This document shows positions 63,996 to 64,000 of a stretch of DNA of 64,000 bases, in pieces. Each line of letters opens with the position of its first letter. Position 1 is the stretch's first letter. The position numbers and the translations under genes are program-made. A model generated the notes under the pieces. It did not search any database and was not told the DNA's origin. It saw only the letters and a list, made by a program, of their open reading frames with translations. The stretch is from Schmidtea nova (Eukaryota). The stretch covers positions 237,584,001 through 237,648,000 of the forward strand of contig CM097882.1 of NCBI GenBank assembly GCA_044892505.1, in the 5' to 3' direction.

Positions 63996-64000
63996 TGCCA

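Overview
A very AT-rich, gap-ridden metazoan genomic window. The taxon is not determinable; the composition, long introns, (TA)n arrays and abundant mariner remnants would fit a planarian-like invertebrate (inference). The backbone is a minus-strand ELAV/Hu-family RNA-binding gene. Three exons were found (47142-46992, 23521-23044, 5717-5379), joined in matching splice phases across introns of about 23.5 kb and 17.3 kb. Its RRM1 exons and last exon were not found. The introns are packed with decayed TEs: Ty3/gypsy, mariner, Tigger/pogo, Chapaev-like, Penelope, LINE, Harbinger and hAT MITEs, and a high-copy palindromic foldback family. The left end (1-2906) is the right terminus of a Polinton/Maverick (adintovirus-like) element. 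Its protein-primed DNA polymerase B gene is in two uninterrupted, back-to-back halves. The N-terminal half (zinc finger plus Exo I; at least 382 codons; missing from the supplied ORF track because it runs off the window edge) is on the minus strand. The C-terminal polymerase half is on the plus strand, and they meet at about 1203. A dimeric subterminal repeat array with RFX/X-box-like motifs, a hairpin and an AG terminus follow. A lone L-type lectin (ERGIC-53/VIP36-like) exon and a Q/H/N-rich exon bracketed by direct repeats lie on the plus strand.
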